From Candidatus Epulonipiscium sp. (GTDB taxonomy: Bacteria; Bacillota; Clostridia; Lachnospirales; JAAYNZ01): 64,000 nt of DNA. Within the stretch, counting starts at the first letter, position 1. The number at the start of each line of letters is the position of its first letter. The translations under genes were made by a program, and so were the position numbers. The stretch covers positions 29,540-93,539 of the forward strand of contig JAAYNZ010000007.1 in NCBI GenBank assembly GCA_012520595.1. The letters are read 5' to 3'. A model generated the notes under the pieces. That model was not told where the DNA came from and made no database searches. It was given only the letters and a program-made list of their open reading frames with translations. Below are positions 18,915 through 28,906 of this stretch, piece by piece.

Positions 18915-19763
18915 TTACTCCTCTCCCTGCTCTGCTCCTTGAATACAATTATATAAAAGCATTGCAATGGTCATAGGCCCTACTCCTCTTGGTACTGGAG
19001 TAATGGCTCCGGCTTTTTCTTTACAACCCTCAAAGTCAATATCTCCACAAACCTTACCATTTTCTAAGCGATTAATTCCTACATCAATTAATACAGCTCC
19101 ATGTTTTATCATATCGGCTGTAACAAAATTAGGTTTTCCAAGAGCAGCTACAATAATATCACCCTGTTGACATAATTCTTTAAGGTTGGTTGTTCTAGAA
19201 TGACACATGGTTACTGTCCCATTTTCTCGTAATAAAAGCATGGACACTGGCTTACCTACAATATTGCTACGCCCAATGACTACACAATGTTTACCTTCAA
19301 TGGAAAGATTCGAACGCTTTAATAATTCGATAATTCCTGCTGCCGTACAAGGCAAAAAAGCTTTTTTGCCAATGCTTAATGCTCCTACATTCATAGGATG
19401 AAAACCATCCACATCCTTTTCGGGTGCAATCATCATCAATATTTTTTCTTCTTCTATGTGAGAAGGCAAAGGCAATTGTACTAAAATACCATGGACGTCT
19501 TCTCGATTATTTAATTCTTTTATTAGTGATAATAATGTATCCTCCCTAGTATCTTCTGGAAGTTCATAAGATAAGGAACGCATTCCTACATATTCACAAG
19601 CTTTTTTCTTGTTGGATACATAAATTTGAGAAGCAGGATCTTCTCCTACTAGTATAACTGCTAAAGTAGGTTCAATTTCCTTTTCTTGTAGCTTCTTTAC
19701 TTTTTCTTTTAATTCTTCTTTGATTTCATCTGCAATTTGTTTCCCATTAATGATCTTCCCCAT
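18915..19763 (-). CDS. folD: bifunctional methylenetetrahydrofolate dehydrogenase/cyclohydrolase
   Basis: 282 aa with the motifs ILVGEDPASQIYV, GILVQLPLP and VIGRSNIVGKP. Confidence 0.92.
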   Translation of the reverse strand: MGKIINGKQIADEIKEELKEKVKKLQEKEIEPTLAVILVGEDPASQIYVSNKKKACEYVGMRSLSYELPEDTREDTLLSLIKELNNREDVHGILVQLPLPSHIEEEKILMMIAPEKDVDGFHPMNVGALSIGKKAFLPCTAAGIIELLKRSNLSIEGKHCVVIGRSNIVGKPVSMLLLRENGTVTMCHSRTTNLKELCQQGDIIVAALGKPNFVTADMIKHGAVLIDVGINRLENGKVCGDIDFEGCKEKAGAITPVPRGVGPMTIAMLLYNCIQGAEQGEE

Positions 19764-19774
19764 AAAACTCCCTC

Positions 19775-21445
19775 CTAAAATAATCCTGTTATCTTTCCAT
19801 CTTCACCCACATCTACTTGAGTCGCTGCTGGTTTTTTTGGTAAACCAGGCATAATCATAATATCTCCTGTAAGAGCTACAATAAAACCAGCTCCTGCTGA
19901 AACCCTAAGTTCTCGAACAGTAATGGTAAAATCTTTAGGACATCCTAATAAGTGTGGCTGATCTGATAATGAATATTGGGTCTTAGCTACACAAATAGGT
20001 AAATCTTCTAGTCCTATTTTTTTAATTTTCTTTATGTCTTTTTGTGCCTTTGCTGTCAATACAACTCCTTTTGCCCCATAAATTTCTGTTGCAATAATTT
20101 CTAACTTTTCTAAAATTGAGTTCGTATTATCATATAAAGGCGCAAAATGAGAAGTTTCTGTTTCTAACACATGAAGTACTTTCTGTGCTAAATCAATGCC
20201 TCCTTTGCCTCCTTTTTCCCAAACCTCGGATAAAGCAAAAGTAGCACCTAACTCTTCACAACGTTTTTTTACATAAGCAATTTCTTCTTTGGTATCTGTT
20301 GTAAATGCATTTAATGTAACAATAACGGGTACCTTGAACTTCTTAATATTTTCAATGTGTTTTTCCAGATTACAAAAACCTTTTTTTAAAGCTTCTATAT
20401 TTTCAACGGAAAGCTGATCTTTAGGAACCAACCCATTGTACTTTAATGCACGGATAGTGGCTACTAAAACCACTGCATCTGGCTTTAATCCTCCCATCCT
20501 GCATTTAATATCAAAAAATTTCTCTGCTCCTAAGTCCGCTCCAAAACCTGCTTCTGTAATGACAATATCTCCTAATTTTAAAGCCATTTGAGTCCCTCGA
20601 ATACTATTGCATCCATGGGCAATATTGGCAAAAGGGCCTCCATGCATAATTACAGGAGTATTTTCTAAGGTTTGAATCAGATTAGGCTTTAAGGCATCCT
20701 TCAATAAAGCAGTCATGGCACCAGGAGCTTGTAAATCCTTTGCTGTTACTGGTTCTCCTTCGTAGGTATATCCGATAATAATTCTTCCTATACGTTCTTT
20801 TAAATCATGGATATCTTGTGCTAAACATAAAATTGCCATCACTTCCGAAGCAACCGAAATAATAAAGCTATCTTCTCTAGGAACGCCATGGGTTTTCCCG
20901 CCTAATCCAACAACAATATTACGTAATGCCCGATCATTCATATCCATTACACGTTTCCAAAGGATTTGCCTTGGATCGATTCCTAAGGAGTTCCCTTGGT
21001 GTAGATGGTTATCAATCATGGCTGAGAGTAAATTATGAGCAGCTGTTACTGCATGAATATCCCCTGTAAAATGAAGGTTGATCTCTTCCATGGGGGCAAC
21101 TTGAGAATAACCTCCTCCCGTAGCTCCTCCTTTTAGCCCCATACAAGGTCCCAAAGAAGGCTCTCGTAAAGCAAGGACTGCCTTTTGTCCTAATTGAGCC
21201 ATGGCCTGTCCTAGCCCAACGGTCACAGTTGTTTTTCCTTCTCCAGCAGGAGTCGGATTAATGGCTGTCACTAACACTAGTTTCCCATCAGAGTTTCCCT
21301 TTACTTGTTCCCATAATTCATCGCTTAATTTTGCTTTATATTTTCCATAGTATTCTAAATCCTCTTCCTTAATTCCTATGGTAGCCGCCACATCTTTTAT
21401 GGGTTGTAGTGTTGCTTCTTGAGCGATTTGAATATCTGTTTTCAT
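19775..21445 (-). CDS. fhs: formate--tetrahydrofolate ligase
   Basis: 556 aa with the motifs TPAGEGKTT and [13 protein letters not shown]. Confidence 0.93.
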   Translation of the reverse strand: MKTDIQIAQEATLQPIKDVAATIGIKEEDLEYYGKYKAKLSDELWEQVKGNSDGKLVLVTAINPTPAGEGKTTVTVGLGQAMAQLGQKAVLALREPSLGPCMGLKGGATGGGYSQVAPMEEINLHFTGDIHAVTAAHNLLSAMIDNHLHQGNSLGIDPRQILWKRVMDMNDRALRNIVVGLGGKTHGVPREDSFIISVASEVMAILCLAQDIHDLKERIGRIIIGYTYEGEPVTAKDLQAPGAMTALLKDALKPNLIQTLENTPVIMHGGPFANIAHGCNSIRGTQMALKLGDIVITEAGFGADLGAEKFFDIKCRMGGLKPDAVVLVATIRALKYNGLVPKDQLSVENIEALKKGFCNLEKHIENIKKFKVPVIVTLNAFTTDTKEEIAYVKKRCEELGATFALSEVWEKGGKGGIDLAQKVLHVLETETSHFAPLYDNTNSILEKLEIIATEIYGAKGVVLTAKAQKDIKKIKKIGLEDLPICVAKTQYSLSDQPHLLGCPKDFTITVRELRVSAGAGFIVALTGDIMIMPGLPKKPAATQVDVGEDGKITGLF

Positions 21446-21460
21446 TTAAAAAACCTCCTC

Positions 21461-23797
21461 TTATGATACTTGTCCTTCTTTATTCATATTTTCCCATTCT
21501 ATGGGTGAAATTAGAACTCTTCGTGGTTTGCTTCCTTCATCAGGTCCTACGATACCTCGTTCTTCCATTGACTCCATAATCCTAGATGCTCGATTAAAAC
21601 CAATACGGAAGGTTCTCTGAAGCATAGAAATGGATGCTCTTTCTTTATCAATGACTAGGGCAATGGCATCGGATAAATATTCATCTACCTCTTCTTCTGA
21701 ATTTTCTATGGTTGATCCCCCTGTAATTTCTTCTACCATTTCTTCATGATATTCTAAAGGTTGATCTTGTTTTACAAATTCTACAATTTGTTCTACTTCT
21801 TTATCTGAAACAAAAGCCCCTTGAATTCGAATGGGTTTAGGAGCTCCTACAGGATAAAATAACATATCTCCTTTTCCTAATAACTTTTCTGCCCCATTCA
21901 TATCTAAAATGGTTCTTGAATCGGTTCCAGAAGAAACAGCAAAGGCTAAACGAGAGGGAATATTGGCCTTAATAACGCCTGTAATAACATCAACGGAAGG
22001 CCTTTGAGTAGCAATGATTAAATGTATACCTGCTGCTCGAGCCATTTGAGCCAAACGACAAATGGCATCTTCTACATCTTTTGGAGCTGCCATCATTAGA
22101 TCCGCTAATTCATCAATTACAATGACCATTTGTGGCATAATATCTTCTTCTTGCTGTTCTTGTTTCATTTGATTGTATCCTTTAATATCCCTTACATTAT
22201 GTTCTGCAAATAATTGATATCTCTGAATCATTTCTTGCACAGCCCAATTTAATGCCCCCGCCGCTTTTTTAGGATCTGTTACAACAGGGATTAACAAATG
22301 AGGAATCCCATTATAAACACTTAGTTCTACTACTTTAGGGTCAATCATTAATAATTTAACTTCATTAGGATTGGCCTTATAAATAATACTTGTAATCAAT
22401 GTGTTAATGCAAACACTTTTTCCTGAACCCGTAGCTCCTGCAATAAGTAAATGGGGCATCTTCCCAATGTCTGTAACAATGGTATTCCCAGCAATGTCCT
22501 TTCCAAGTGCAAAGGCTAATTTAGAAGGAAATTTTGCAAAATCTTCGCTTTCCAATACTTCTCTTAAAAAGACTGCTTGAGTCTCCTCATTAGGAACTTC
22601 AATCCCAACTGCTGCTTTTCCAGGAATGGGAGCTTCTATTCGAATTCCTGCTGCTGCTAGATTAAGTGCAATATCATCTGCTAGATTTACAATTTTACTG
22701 ACTTTCACTCCTTGGTTTGGTTGTAATTCATAACGTGTTACTGTTGGACCACGATTGACTTGAATCACTTTTGCTTGTACTCCAAAACTTTGAAGGGTCT
22801 CTTCCAGTTTTTTTGCATTCTTACGAATCTGAGCTGTTCCTTTTCCTTGAACATTCAAAGTGGGTTTTTGTAATAAATCCAAAGGTGGAAATTCATAGGC
22901 AGATGTTTCTTGCCTTTGTGAAATAACCATTGGTTCTGTTTCTTCTAAAACTTCTTTTTTTGGTTTTTCTTGAGATTCCTGGGATTGGATTTGCGATTTA
23001 GGAACTTCTTTGTCCTGTGTAGAAAGTCCCATAGATGGTTCTTGTCCTTCTAGCTGTTTCGTATTAATTGTTATTTCTTCCTCTTCTTTCATGGAAGATG
23101 AAACAGGAGGTCCTAGGTGGTCATGAATCTGAATAGGCTGCTCTAGCCATTGGTCTACATTGTCTTCTTCCTCCCCTTCTTCCATCTCAAAAAGATGAGT
23201 TGACAAATTTACTAATCTTTGAGTTTTCTCCTTTATTCTATTCCATATTTTTTCCCAAAGGGCCATAAATATTTGAAATAAAGAGCGTTCTGTTAGTAAA
23301 ATAAGACATACAATACTGCCAGTAAAAAGAATAATATAAGTCCCATAAATGCCTATGATTTTCAGTAGCCCTTGACCAATCAGAGCTCCTATTACTCCAC
23401 CTGTATTCCAGGATCCCATTTGATAATAAGAAACTACTTGTTGAAAAAAAGAACCTTCGACGATAGGAGGATGAAATACATGAACAAGTACAGAACAAAA
23501 AATTAATAAAATACCTAGCACTCCTGTTTTCCAATTAGGACTCCACTTTTTTATTAAAATCAAAAGGCTATATAAAATGGTCACAGGGGGTAAAAGGTAT
23601 GCAGAAAAACCAAAACAACCAATCATTACATTGGAAATTACTTTGCCTATATAACCTGCCTGATGCGTATAAATACTAACCGCTAATAAAAAGCCTAAAG
23701 CCAAAACACAAACCATAAAAATTTCTTGAATTAGATCTTCTTTTTGTAAAAAATCCTTTTTTTTCTGGTTTTTTTTACTGTTCTTTTTCTTCGCCAT
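21461..23797 (-). CDS. ftsK: DNA translocase FtsK/SpoIIIE
   Basis: 778 aa. It has N-terminal TM helices, an acidic/Gln-rich linker, a motor domain with Walker A (GATGSGKS) and a C-terminal gamma winged helix. Confidence 0.92.
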   Translation of the reverse strand: MAKKKNSKKNQKKKDFLQKEDLIQEIFMVCVLALGFLLAVSIYTHQAGYIGKVISNVMIGCFGFSAYLLPPVTILYSLLILIKKWSPNWKTGVLGILLIFCSVLVHVFHPPIVEGSFFQQVVSYYQMGSWNTGGVIGALIGQGLLKIIGIYGTYIILFTGSIVCLILLTERSLFQIFMALWEKIWNRIKEKTQRLVNLSTHLFEMEEGEEEDNVDQWLEQPIQIHDHLGPPVSSSMKEEEEITINTKQLEGQEPSMGLSTQDKEVPKSQIQSQESQEKPKKEVLEETEPMVISQRQETSAYEFPPLDLLQKPTLNVQGKGTAQIRKNAKKLEETLQSFGVQAKVIQVNRGPTVTRYELQPNQGVKVSKIVNLADDIALNLAAAGIRIEAPIPGKAAVGIEVPNEETQAVFLREVLESEDFAKFPSKLAFALGKDIAGNTIVTDIGKMPHLLIAGATGSGKSVCINTLITSIIYKANPNEVKLLMIDPKVVELSVYNGIPHLLIPVVTDPKKAAGALNWAVQEMIQRYQLFAEHNVRDIKGYNQMKQEQQEEDIMPQMVIVIDELADLMMAAPKDVEDAICRLAQMARAAGIHLIIATQRPSVDVITGVIKANIPSRLAFAVSSGTDSRTILDMNGAEKLLGKGDMLFYPVGAPKPIRIQGAFVSDKEVEQIVEFVKQDQPLEYHEEMVEEITGGSTIENSEEEVDEYLSDAIALVIDKERASISMLQRTFRIGFNRASRIMESMEERGIVGPDEGSKPRRVLISPIEWENMNKEGQVS

Positions 23798-23828
23798 AAT
23801 CCTCCCCTCCTATATATGTATTTGTTTT

Positions 23829-24698
23829 TTAGATTACCCAATGACTTATTATGGCTAATAAACCAATGATCCAACAATAGTAAGAAAACCAATGAAGTTT
23901 TTGATTTTTTAATATTACAATAAGAGCTTTTATGCAAATAAAACCGGATATTGCTGCTACGGCTGTTCCAATCAGATAAGGAGCTGAAAAAACTTCACTA
24001 ACCATCTCTGTTGGTACATCTTTTAACTCTAAAAGGCCGGCTCCTAATACCGCTGGAATAGACATTAAAAACGAAAAACGAATGGCTGATTCTTTATCCA
24101 AATCATTTAATAGGCCTGCTACAATGGTAGAACCAGAGCGAGAAATTCCAGGAATAGTAGCAAATCCTTGTATAATTCCAATAACAAAAGCATTTTTATA
24201 TTTTAGTTCTTCCAGTTGTACTGTTCCTTGGATTATTTTATCTGCTATGTACAATAAACATCCTGTTACCAATAAAGCAATTCCTGTTCCCAATAAAGAT
24301 GAAAATAAATATTCAATCATGGGTTTCATTGTAAAAGCGATAATGGCTGTTGGAATACTCGCTACAATGATGAGCCATACTAATTTACGATAGGGATCTT
24401 TTTTTCTATTATCTTCTTTGTTTGTCCAATGTCCTTCTTGAATCCGAGTCTTAATAGCCTTTGGAATATCGATCAGTATTCCGATTCCTGCTTTTATTAA
24501 TGACCACACATCTTTTGTATAAGCACAAAAAATAGCTATTAAAGTACCTAGATGTAACATCACTTCAAAAACAATGCCTGTGTTTAACTCCAATCGTAAT
24601 AATTTACCAAAGATAACAAGATGACCTGAGCTACTAACAGGTAAAAATTCTGTCATTCCTTGTACAATCCCCATAATAATTGCTTTCAAAATCGACAT
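23829..24698 (-). CDS. uppP: undecaprenyl-diphosphate phosphatase
   Basis: 289 aa and polytopic, with the BacA motifs GMTEFLPVSSSGH and PGISRSG. Confidence 0.9.
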   Translation of the reverse strand: MSILKAIIMGIVQGMTEFLPVSSSGHLVIFGKLLRLELNTGIVFEVMLHLGTLIAIFCAYTKDVWSLIKAGIGILIDIPKAIKTRIQEGHWTNKEDNRKKDPYRKLVWLIIVASIPTAIIAFTMKPMIEYLFSSLLGTGIALLVTGCLLYIADKIIQGTVQLEELKYKNAFVIGIIQGFATIPGISRSGSTIVAGLLNDLDKESAIRFSFLMSIPAVLGAGLLELKDVPTEMVSEVFSAPYLIGTAVAAISGFICIKALIVILKNQKLHWFSYYCWIIGLLAIISHWVI

Positions 24699-24751
24699 GT
24701 CTATTACTCCTTTTCTTTAAAATAATCCCTTCTTCTTTCACATCTTCATTT

Positions 24752-24785
24752 CAAAGAAAAAGTGCTAGCATCTTTGCTAACACTT
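24752..24785 (-). terminator. rho-independent terminator-like hairpin between ylzJ and uppP
   Basis: A 10-bp stem pairs 24760-24769 with 24776-24785, including one G-U pair in the RNA, around a 6-nt loop. On the minus strand it is followed by TTTTCTTTG. Confidence 0.65.
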
Positions 24786-24853
24786 AATGTGCCTTATCAT
24801 TATATCATTTTTCCCTTGTTTTTGTAAGGTGCTTTTAAACTTAAATTGTTTTT

Positions 24854-25078
24854 CTACAATTCTTCCATCAAAGAAAGATCTATAAAACTTCCTGGTTGTA
24901 AGTCAACTTCCAAATATGCTTTTAAATCTGTGGAAAAAATTCTTTGGATTTTAAATTTCTCTCCCTCCGGAACCACCTCAATGGTTTGATTTTTATAAAT
25001 ACACATTTTTCCTTGGGGTACTGTGGTATTTTCTATTTCTTCCCTCTGAACAATAGGGGGCATAACAGTATAGTACAT
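24854..25078 (-). CDS. ylzJ: YlzJ-like protein
   Basis: 74 aa beginning MYYTVMP. It lies immediately after the tepA-like gene, the same pairing as in B. subtilis. Confidence 0.7.
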   Translation of the reverse strand: MYYTVMPPIVQREEIENTTVPQGKMCIYKNQTIEVVPEGEKFKIQRIFSTDLKAYLEVDLQPGSFIDLSLMEEL

Positions 25079-25089
25079 AGTATCTCCTC

Positions 25090-25803
25090 CTAATGTAGGA
25101 TTGATTTTTGTTTTTCAATCAGTTCATATAGTTTATTCATAGCCTGTGAAATTCCTCCCATTTCATCGATCAACCGTTCAGAAACAGCCTCTTCTCCTAC
25201 TAAAATACTTCCCACATCCTTAGCTAATTTTCCTGTATCCAACATTAAATCTTTAAAGCGTTCTTTGGATATTTTAGAATTTTTAGCTACAAAATCTACA
25301 ATGCGTTCTTGCATTTTATCAAAATATTCATAAGTTTGTGCAACTCCTATGACGGTTCCGCTCATTCGAACAGGATGAATCATCATGGTAGCACTAGGAG
25401 CAATAAAAGAATAATCAGCTGCTACTGCTAAAGGCACACCAATGGAATGTCCTCCACCTAAGACTAGAGATACAGTAGGTTTGTTTAAAGAAGCGATCAT
25501 TTCAGAGATGGCAAGCCCTGCTTCTACATCTCCCCCTACTGTATTTAAAAGAATGAGTACTCCATCAATTCCTTGATCTTCTTCTATGGCTACCATTTGG
25601 GGTAAAAGATGTTCATATTTTGTTGTTTTGTTTTGTGGTGGTAATACAATATGTCCTTCAATCTGACCAATAATAGTTAAACAATGAATATTCCCTCTTG
25701 GATTTTTATCTTCATTTATAGGTACTTGTGTTTGCCCTAATTCTTTTATAATGGCTACATTTTGCTGTTCTTTTTCCATTTCATTAGATACATTTGTTTC
25801 CAT
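25090..25803 (-). CDS. tepA: ClpP-fold serine protease, TepA family
   Basis: It has a ClpP-like core ([24 protein letters not shown]). I moved the start to the ATG at 25803 (METNVSNE...), which has the RBS GGAGAGG. The 42-codon upstream extension in the track is Cys/Ile-rich and lacks an RBS. Confidence 0.8.
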   Translation of the reverse strand: METNVSNEMEKEQQNVAIIKELGQTQVPINEDKNPRGNIHCLTIIGQIEGHIVLPPQNKTTKYEHLLPQMVAIEEDQGIDGVLILLNTVGGDVEAGLAISEMIASLNKPTVSLVLGGGHSIGVPLAVAADYSFIAPSATMMIHPVRMSGTVIGVAQTYEYFDKMQERIVDFVAKNSKISKERFKDLMLDTGKLAKDVGSILVGEEAVSERLIDEMGGISQAMNKLYELIEKQKSILH

Positions 25804-25945
25804 AGGAACCTCTCCTTTTTTCCTATTATGCTTCAAGAGGCTCTCTTTCATACCTATCTTTATAGATATACATACACATTCATAAACAAAACAAACTAAA
25901 AGTAAGCCGTATATGCTCTCGACATACAACTTCTTAAACAGAAAG

Positions 25946-25970
25946 TTGAGTTTTGTTTTTTAAAACTCAA
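25946..25970 (-). terminator. weak AU-rich hairpin, a possible dapG terminator
   Basis: TTGAGTTTT pairs with AAAACTCAA (9 bp, 7-nt loop). On the minus strand it is followed by CTTTCTGTTT, a poor U-tract. Confidence 0.3.
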
Positions 25971-26096
25971 TGAATCACTTAGCTCTTTTTTAATATGTTT
26001 GCCATATCAAAAGAAGGGCTAAGACAATCAAAGTAGAAGAGTAATATACGAGCTTACTGGAATTTTAGATTTTTAACAGGCATATCTATAATAACT

Positions 26097-27278
26097 CTAT
26101 AATTGAAATTCTTGATGCAGTACCTTTATGGCTCTACTCAAGTCTTTATTATAAATCAAACAAGCAATGGTCATTAACGAATCCGCTGTTTGTAAAATTT
26201 CCACGTGCTCATTTTTTAAACAACGAAGAATTTTTGCCATTACTCCTGGAACTCCCGTCATTCCTTCTCCAATCATCGTAATTTTACAACAATCTTTAAT
26301 ATAAGAAAAATTAATTTTTTGTTTTTCTAATAATGCAAAAACTAAAGGTAAACATTCTTCATCAATGGTAAATACTTTTCGCTCTGGAAAAATATTTATA
26401 ATATCAATACTAACTCCTTCTTTAGCTAAAAGTGCAAAAAATATTTCATCCTCCACTTTTTCATCTATAATCGAAATTTGTACTCGTTGGGAACGATAGG
26501 CAATAGCAGTTACTAATGGAATCGGCGAAACAGGACAATGCAAAATACAAGTTCCTTTACTATCATTGAAAGTATTTTTAATATAAAGAGGAATATTTGC
26601 TCTTCTAGCAATTTGTACCGCTCTTGGGTGAATAACCCGTGCTCCATTATCAGCCATTTGAAATACTTCATTATAACTTAAACAATGAATCCGTTGTGCC
26701 TTAGGATAAATTCGTGGATCTGTTGTCATAATTCCATCTACATCTGTATAAATTTCAATGCTTTCTGCTTTTAAAGCCTCTCCTAAAAGAGCTGCTGTTG
26801 TATCACTCCCACCACGTCCTAGCGTGGTTATATTCCCATTTTTACTGATCCCTTGAAATCCTGACACAATAGGAATAAACCCTTCATTTATGACCTTTTG
26901 AAGAGTTTGGGAGTTCACTTCTAATACATGAGCCTGACCAAATTGTTCATCTGTTATAATACCTGCCTGCCCACCTGTAAAAGCCATAGCTTTATATCCT
27001 TTTTGTAGCAAAGTTGTTACTAAAACAACGGCTGAAATAATTTCTCCACAAGACATTAAAAGATCTTTTTCTCGTAAGCATTCATGAAGATCCATAGTGT
27101 TTGTAATTTGTAGCAAAGTATCTGTGGCATAAGGATCTCCTTTACGTCCCATGGCTGAAACAACCACTACAGGCATTTTCCCTTTTAATTTTATATCAAT
27201 AATTTTTTGAATCACATAATTTCTACTTTCTTCTGTAGCTACAGAGGTTCCACCAAATTTTTGTATGACTATATTCAT
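26097..27278 (-). CDS. dapG: aspartate kinase
   Basis: 393 aa. It begins VIQKFGGTSV and has GRGGSDTTA plus two C-terminal ACT domains. It lies next to dpaAB, as in B. subtilis. Confidence 0.88.
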   Translation of the reverse strand: MNIVIQKFGGTSVATEESRNYVIQKIIDIKLKGKMPVVVVSAMGRKGDPYATDTLLQITNTMDLHECLREKDLLMSCGEIISAVVLVTTLLQKGYKAMAFTGGQAGIITDEQFGQAHVLEVNSQTLQKVINEGFIPIVSGFQGISKNGNITTLGRGGSDTTAALLGEALKAESIEIYTDVDGIMTTDPRIYPKAQRIHCLSYNEVFQMADNGARVIHPRAVQIARRANIPLYIKNTFNDSKGTCILHCPVSPIPLVTAIAYRSQRVQISIIDEKVEDEIFFALLAKEGVSIDIINIFPERKVFTIDEECLPLVFALLEKQKINFSYIKDCCKITMIGEGMTGVPGVMAKILRCLKNEHVEILQTADSLMTIACLIYNKDLSRAIKVLHQEFQL

Positions 27279-27335
27279 TCAATTCCCCCTTTCTGAAACT
27301 CTTTTACTATAACATATCTTACAGTAAGAATAAAA

Positions 27336-27929
27336 CTAATTTTTTGAAGAAGGATAGGATTGAAATACAGGTTGTAATTGCTTGCCTTCTAAGGCTGCTT
27401 GTAAGGTAGGTAATAACAAATCCATGTGAGCTACCATAGAATTAGGCTTTTTCTTATATTCATCTTGCCCTAGAGGTACAAAATAAATATTTTTTGTATT
27501 TAATAAAATTCCCAAATTTTTCAGGTTAAGTCCTAAAGCATCATTCGTTGCTAAGGCTAGAATAACAGGTATTTCATTACGAAGGCTTGCTTTCGCCGCC
27601 ATTAAAACTGGAGTATCCGTAATACCATTCGCTAATTTAGCCATTGTATTCCCTGTACATGGAGCAATTACAAGAGCATCTATTAGCTTCTTAGGTCCAA
27701 TGGGTTCTGCTTCTACAATGGTTTGAATAATAGAATGTCCTGTCATGTTTTCAATGACTTTTTTATGTTCCTCTGCTGTACCAAAACGTGTATCTGTAGC
27801 TACTGATTCATAAGACATAATGGGGATGATCTCGGTTCCCGCATCAATCATCTTTTGCATTTCAGGCAAAATTTGACCATAAGTACAATAAGATCCACAT
27901 AAGGCAAATCCAATTTTTAACATAATCAT
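27336..27929 (-). CDS. dpaB: dipicolinate synthase subunit B
   Basis: 197 aa and flavoprotein-like (GFALCGSYCTY). The ATG at 27929 overlaps the dpaA stop as ATGA. The ATG at 27923 has better RBS spacing and may be the true start. Confidence 0.88.
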   Translation of the reverse strand: MIMLKIGFALCGSYCTYGQILPEMQKMIDAGTEIIPIMSYESVATDTRFGTAEEHKKVIENMTGHSIIQTIVEAEPIGPKKLIDALVIAPCTGNTMAKLANGITDTPVLMAAKASLRNEIPVILALATNDALGLNLKNLGILLNTKNIYFVPLGQDEYKKKPNSMVAHMDLLLPTLQAALEGKQLQPVFQSYPSSKN

Positions 27930-28804
27930 TCCCTCATTTCACTACAAATTGTAAGCACTGTCTCTTTAATAATCCACCCAGCTGTTTTAGGAGCTACCTT
28001 CCCTGGAAGTCCTAAGCAAAGCAAAGCTTTTACGCCTTGTTTTTCAGCTGCTTCATAATCCACTCCTCCTGGCTTCGAGGCAAGATCAATAATAATGCTA
28101 CCTTTGTTTACGTAAAGCAAAGTAGACTGATCTAAAATCAAACTCGGAATGGTATTAAAGATAAAATCAAATTGATGAATTTCTTTTTTTAGATCTTTTA
28201 AAAAAAGTGGTTGATATCCGTAGGTTGAAATGTATGCTATATCTTTAACACTACGTACTCCAACACTTACACAAGCTCCCAGGCCCTGCAATTGGTGAGC
28301 TAACACCTTACCACATCTTCCAAAACCTAATACTAAGCATTTACTTGAATGGATGGTAATGGGCTGTTGTTCCATGGCAATTTGTATGGCTCCTTCTGAT
28401 GTTGGAATGGCATTATATATAGCTAATTCTTCACGCTGTAAAAGATCAAATATCTTAAAAGAATCTCCAGCTATTTCCCTTACTTTAGGTGTAATATATC
28501 CTGCCATGAAAACATGATATTTGGATAAACTTTCAAATAAGTCCTTTAATAGTATGGGTGATCCTTGATGATAGGGTGCAAAAAGTGTGTAATTATCCTG
28601 TGAACAAGGAATGGGTCCAATAATAAAGGTGGATTTTTGAATAGTTTCTTCTAACCTATCACACAAAATAACTGAATCCGGAAAATCTATATTAGAAAAT
28701 CCATATACATAGACTTGATGGGATTGGGCTTGCAAAAATTGAATCAGTTCAATGTACCGTGCATCTCCGCCAATGACACTGAATGCAAACTGTTTTTCTT
28801 CCAT
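27926..28804 (-). CDS. dpaA: dipicolinate synthase subunit A
   Basis: 292 aa with an NAD(P)-binding fold (VLGFGRCG) and typical SpoVFA length and order. Confidence 0.88.
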   Translation of the reverse strand: MEEKQFAFSVIGGDARYIELIQFLQAQSHQVYVYGFSNIDFPDSVILCDRLEETIQKSTFIIGPIPCSQDNYTLFAPYHQGSPILLKDLFESLSKYHVFMAGYITPKVREIAGDSFKIFDLLQREELAIYNAIPTSEGAIQIAMEQQPITIHSSKCLVLGFGRCGKVLAHQLQGLGACVSVGVRSVKDIAYISTYGYQPLFLKDLKKEIHQFDFIFNTIPSLILDQSTLLYVNKGSIIIDLASKPGGVDYEAAEKQGVKALLCLGLPGKVAPKTAGWIIKETVLTICSEMRE

Positions 28805-28826
28805 TTCTATCCCTCCTACCTATTTA

Positions 28827-28853
28827 GTACAATGTATGAAAAAAGGAAAAAGT
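28827..28853 (-). promoter_or_regulatory. mother-cell (sigma-K/sigma-E type) promoter for dpaA-dpaB
   Basis: On the minus strand: AC, a 17-nt spacer, then CATACATTG. This is close to sigma-K AC-17-CATAnnnTA, with only the last base off. The -10 also equals sigma-E CATACAHT at 8/8. It lies 22 nt upstream of the ATG. B. subtilis spoVF is sigma-K dependent. Confidence 0.5.
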
Positions 28854-28874
28854 TTGTGCTAGTCCTTTTTTGAG

Positions 28875-28904
28875 TATAAAAAAAGACATCTTTTTTGATG
28901 TCTT
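28875..28904 (-). terminator. rho-independent terminator after the M16 peptidase gene
   Basis: AAAGACATC (28881-28889) pairs with GATGTCTTT (28896-28904) around a 6-nt loop. On the minus strand it is followed by a T-run. Confidence 0.7.
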
Positions 28905-28906
28905 TC

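Noticed and set aside
21446-21460. I expected riboswitches at several genes: ZTP/pfl upstream of fhs-folD, lysine upstream of dapG (27279-27335), FMN upstream of ribF (33930-33941) and a T-box upstream of aspB.
   Set aside because: The spacers are only 15, 57 and 12 nt, too short for these RNAs. The 258-nt aspB upstream region is AT-rich and shows no recognisable T-box or riboswitch core.
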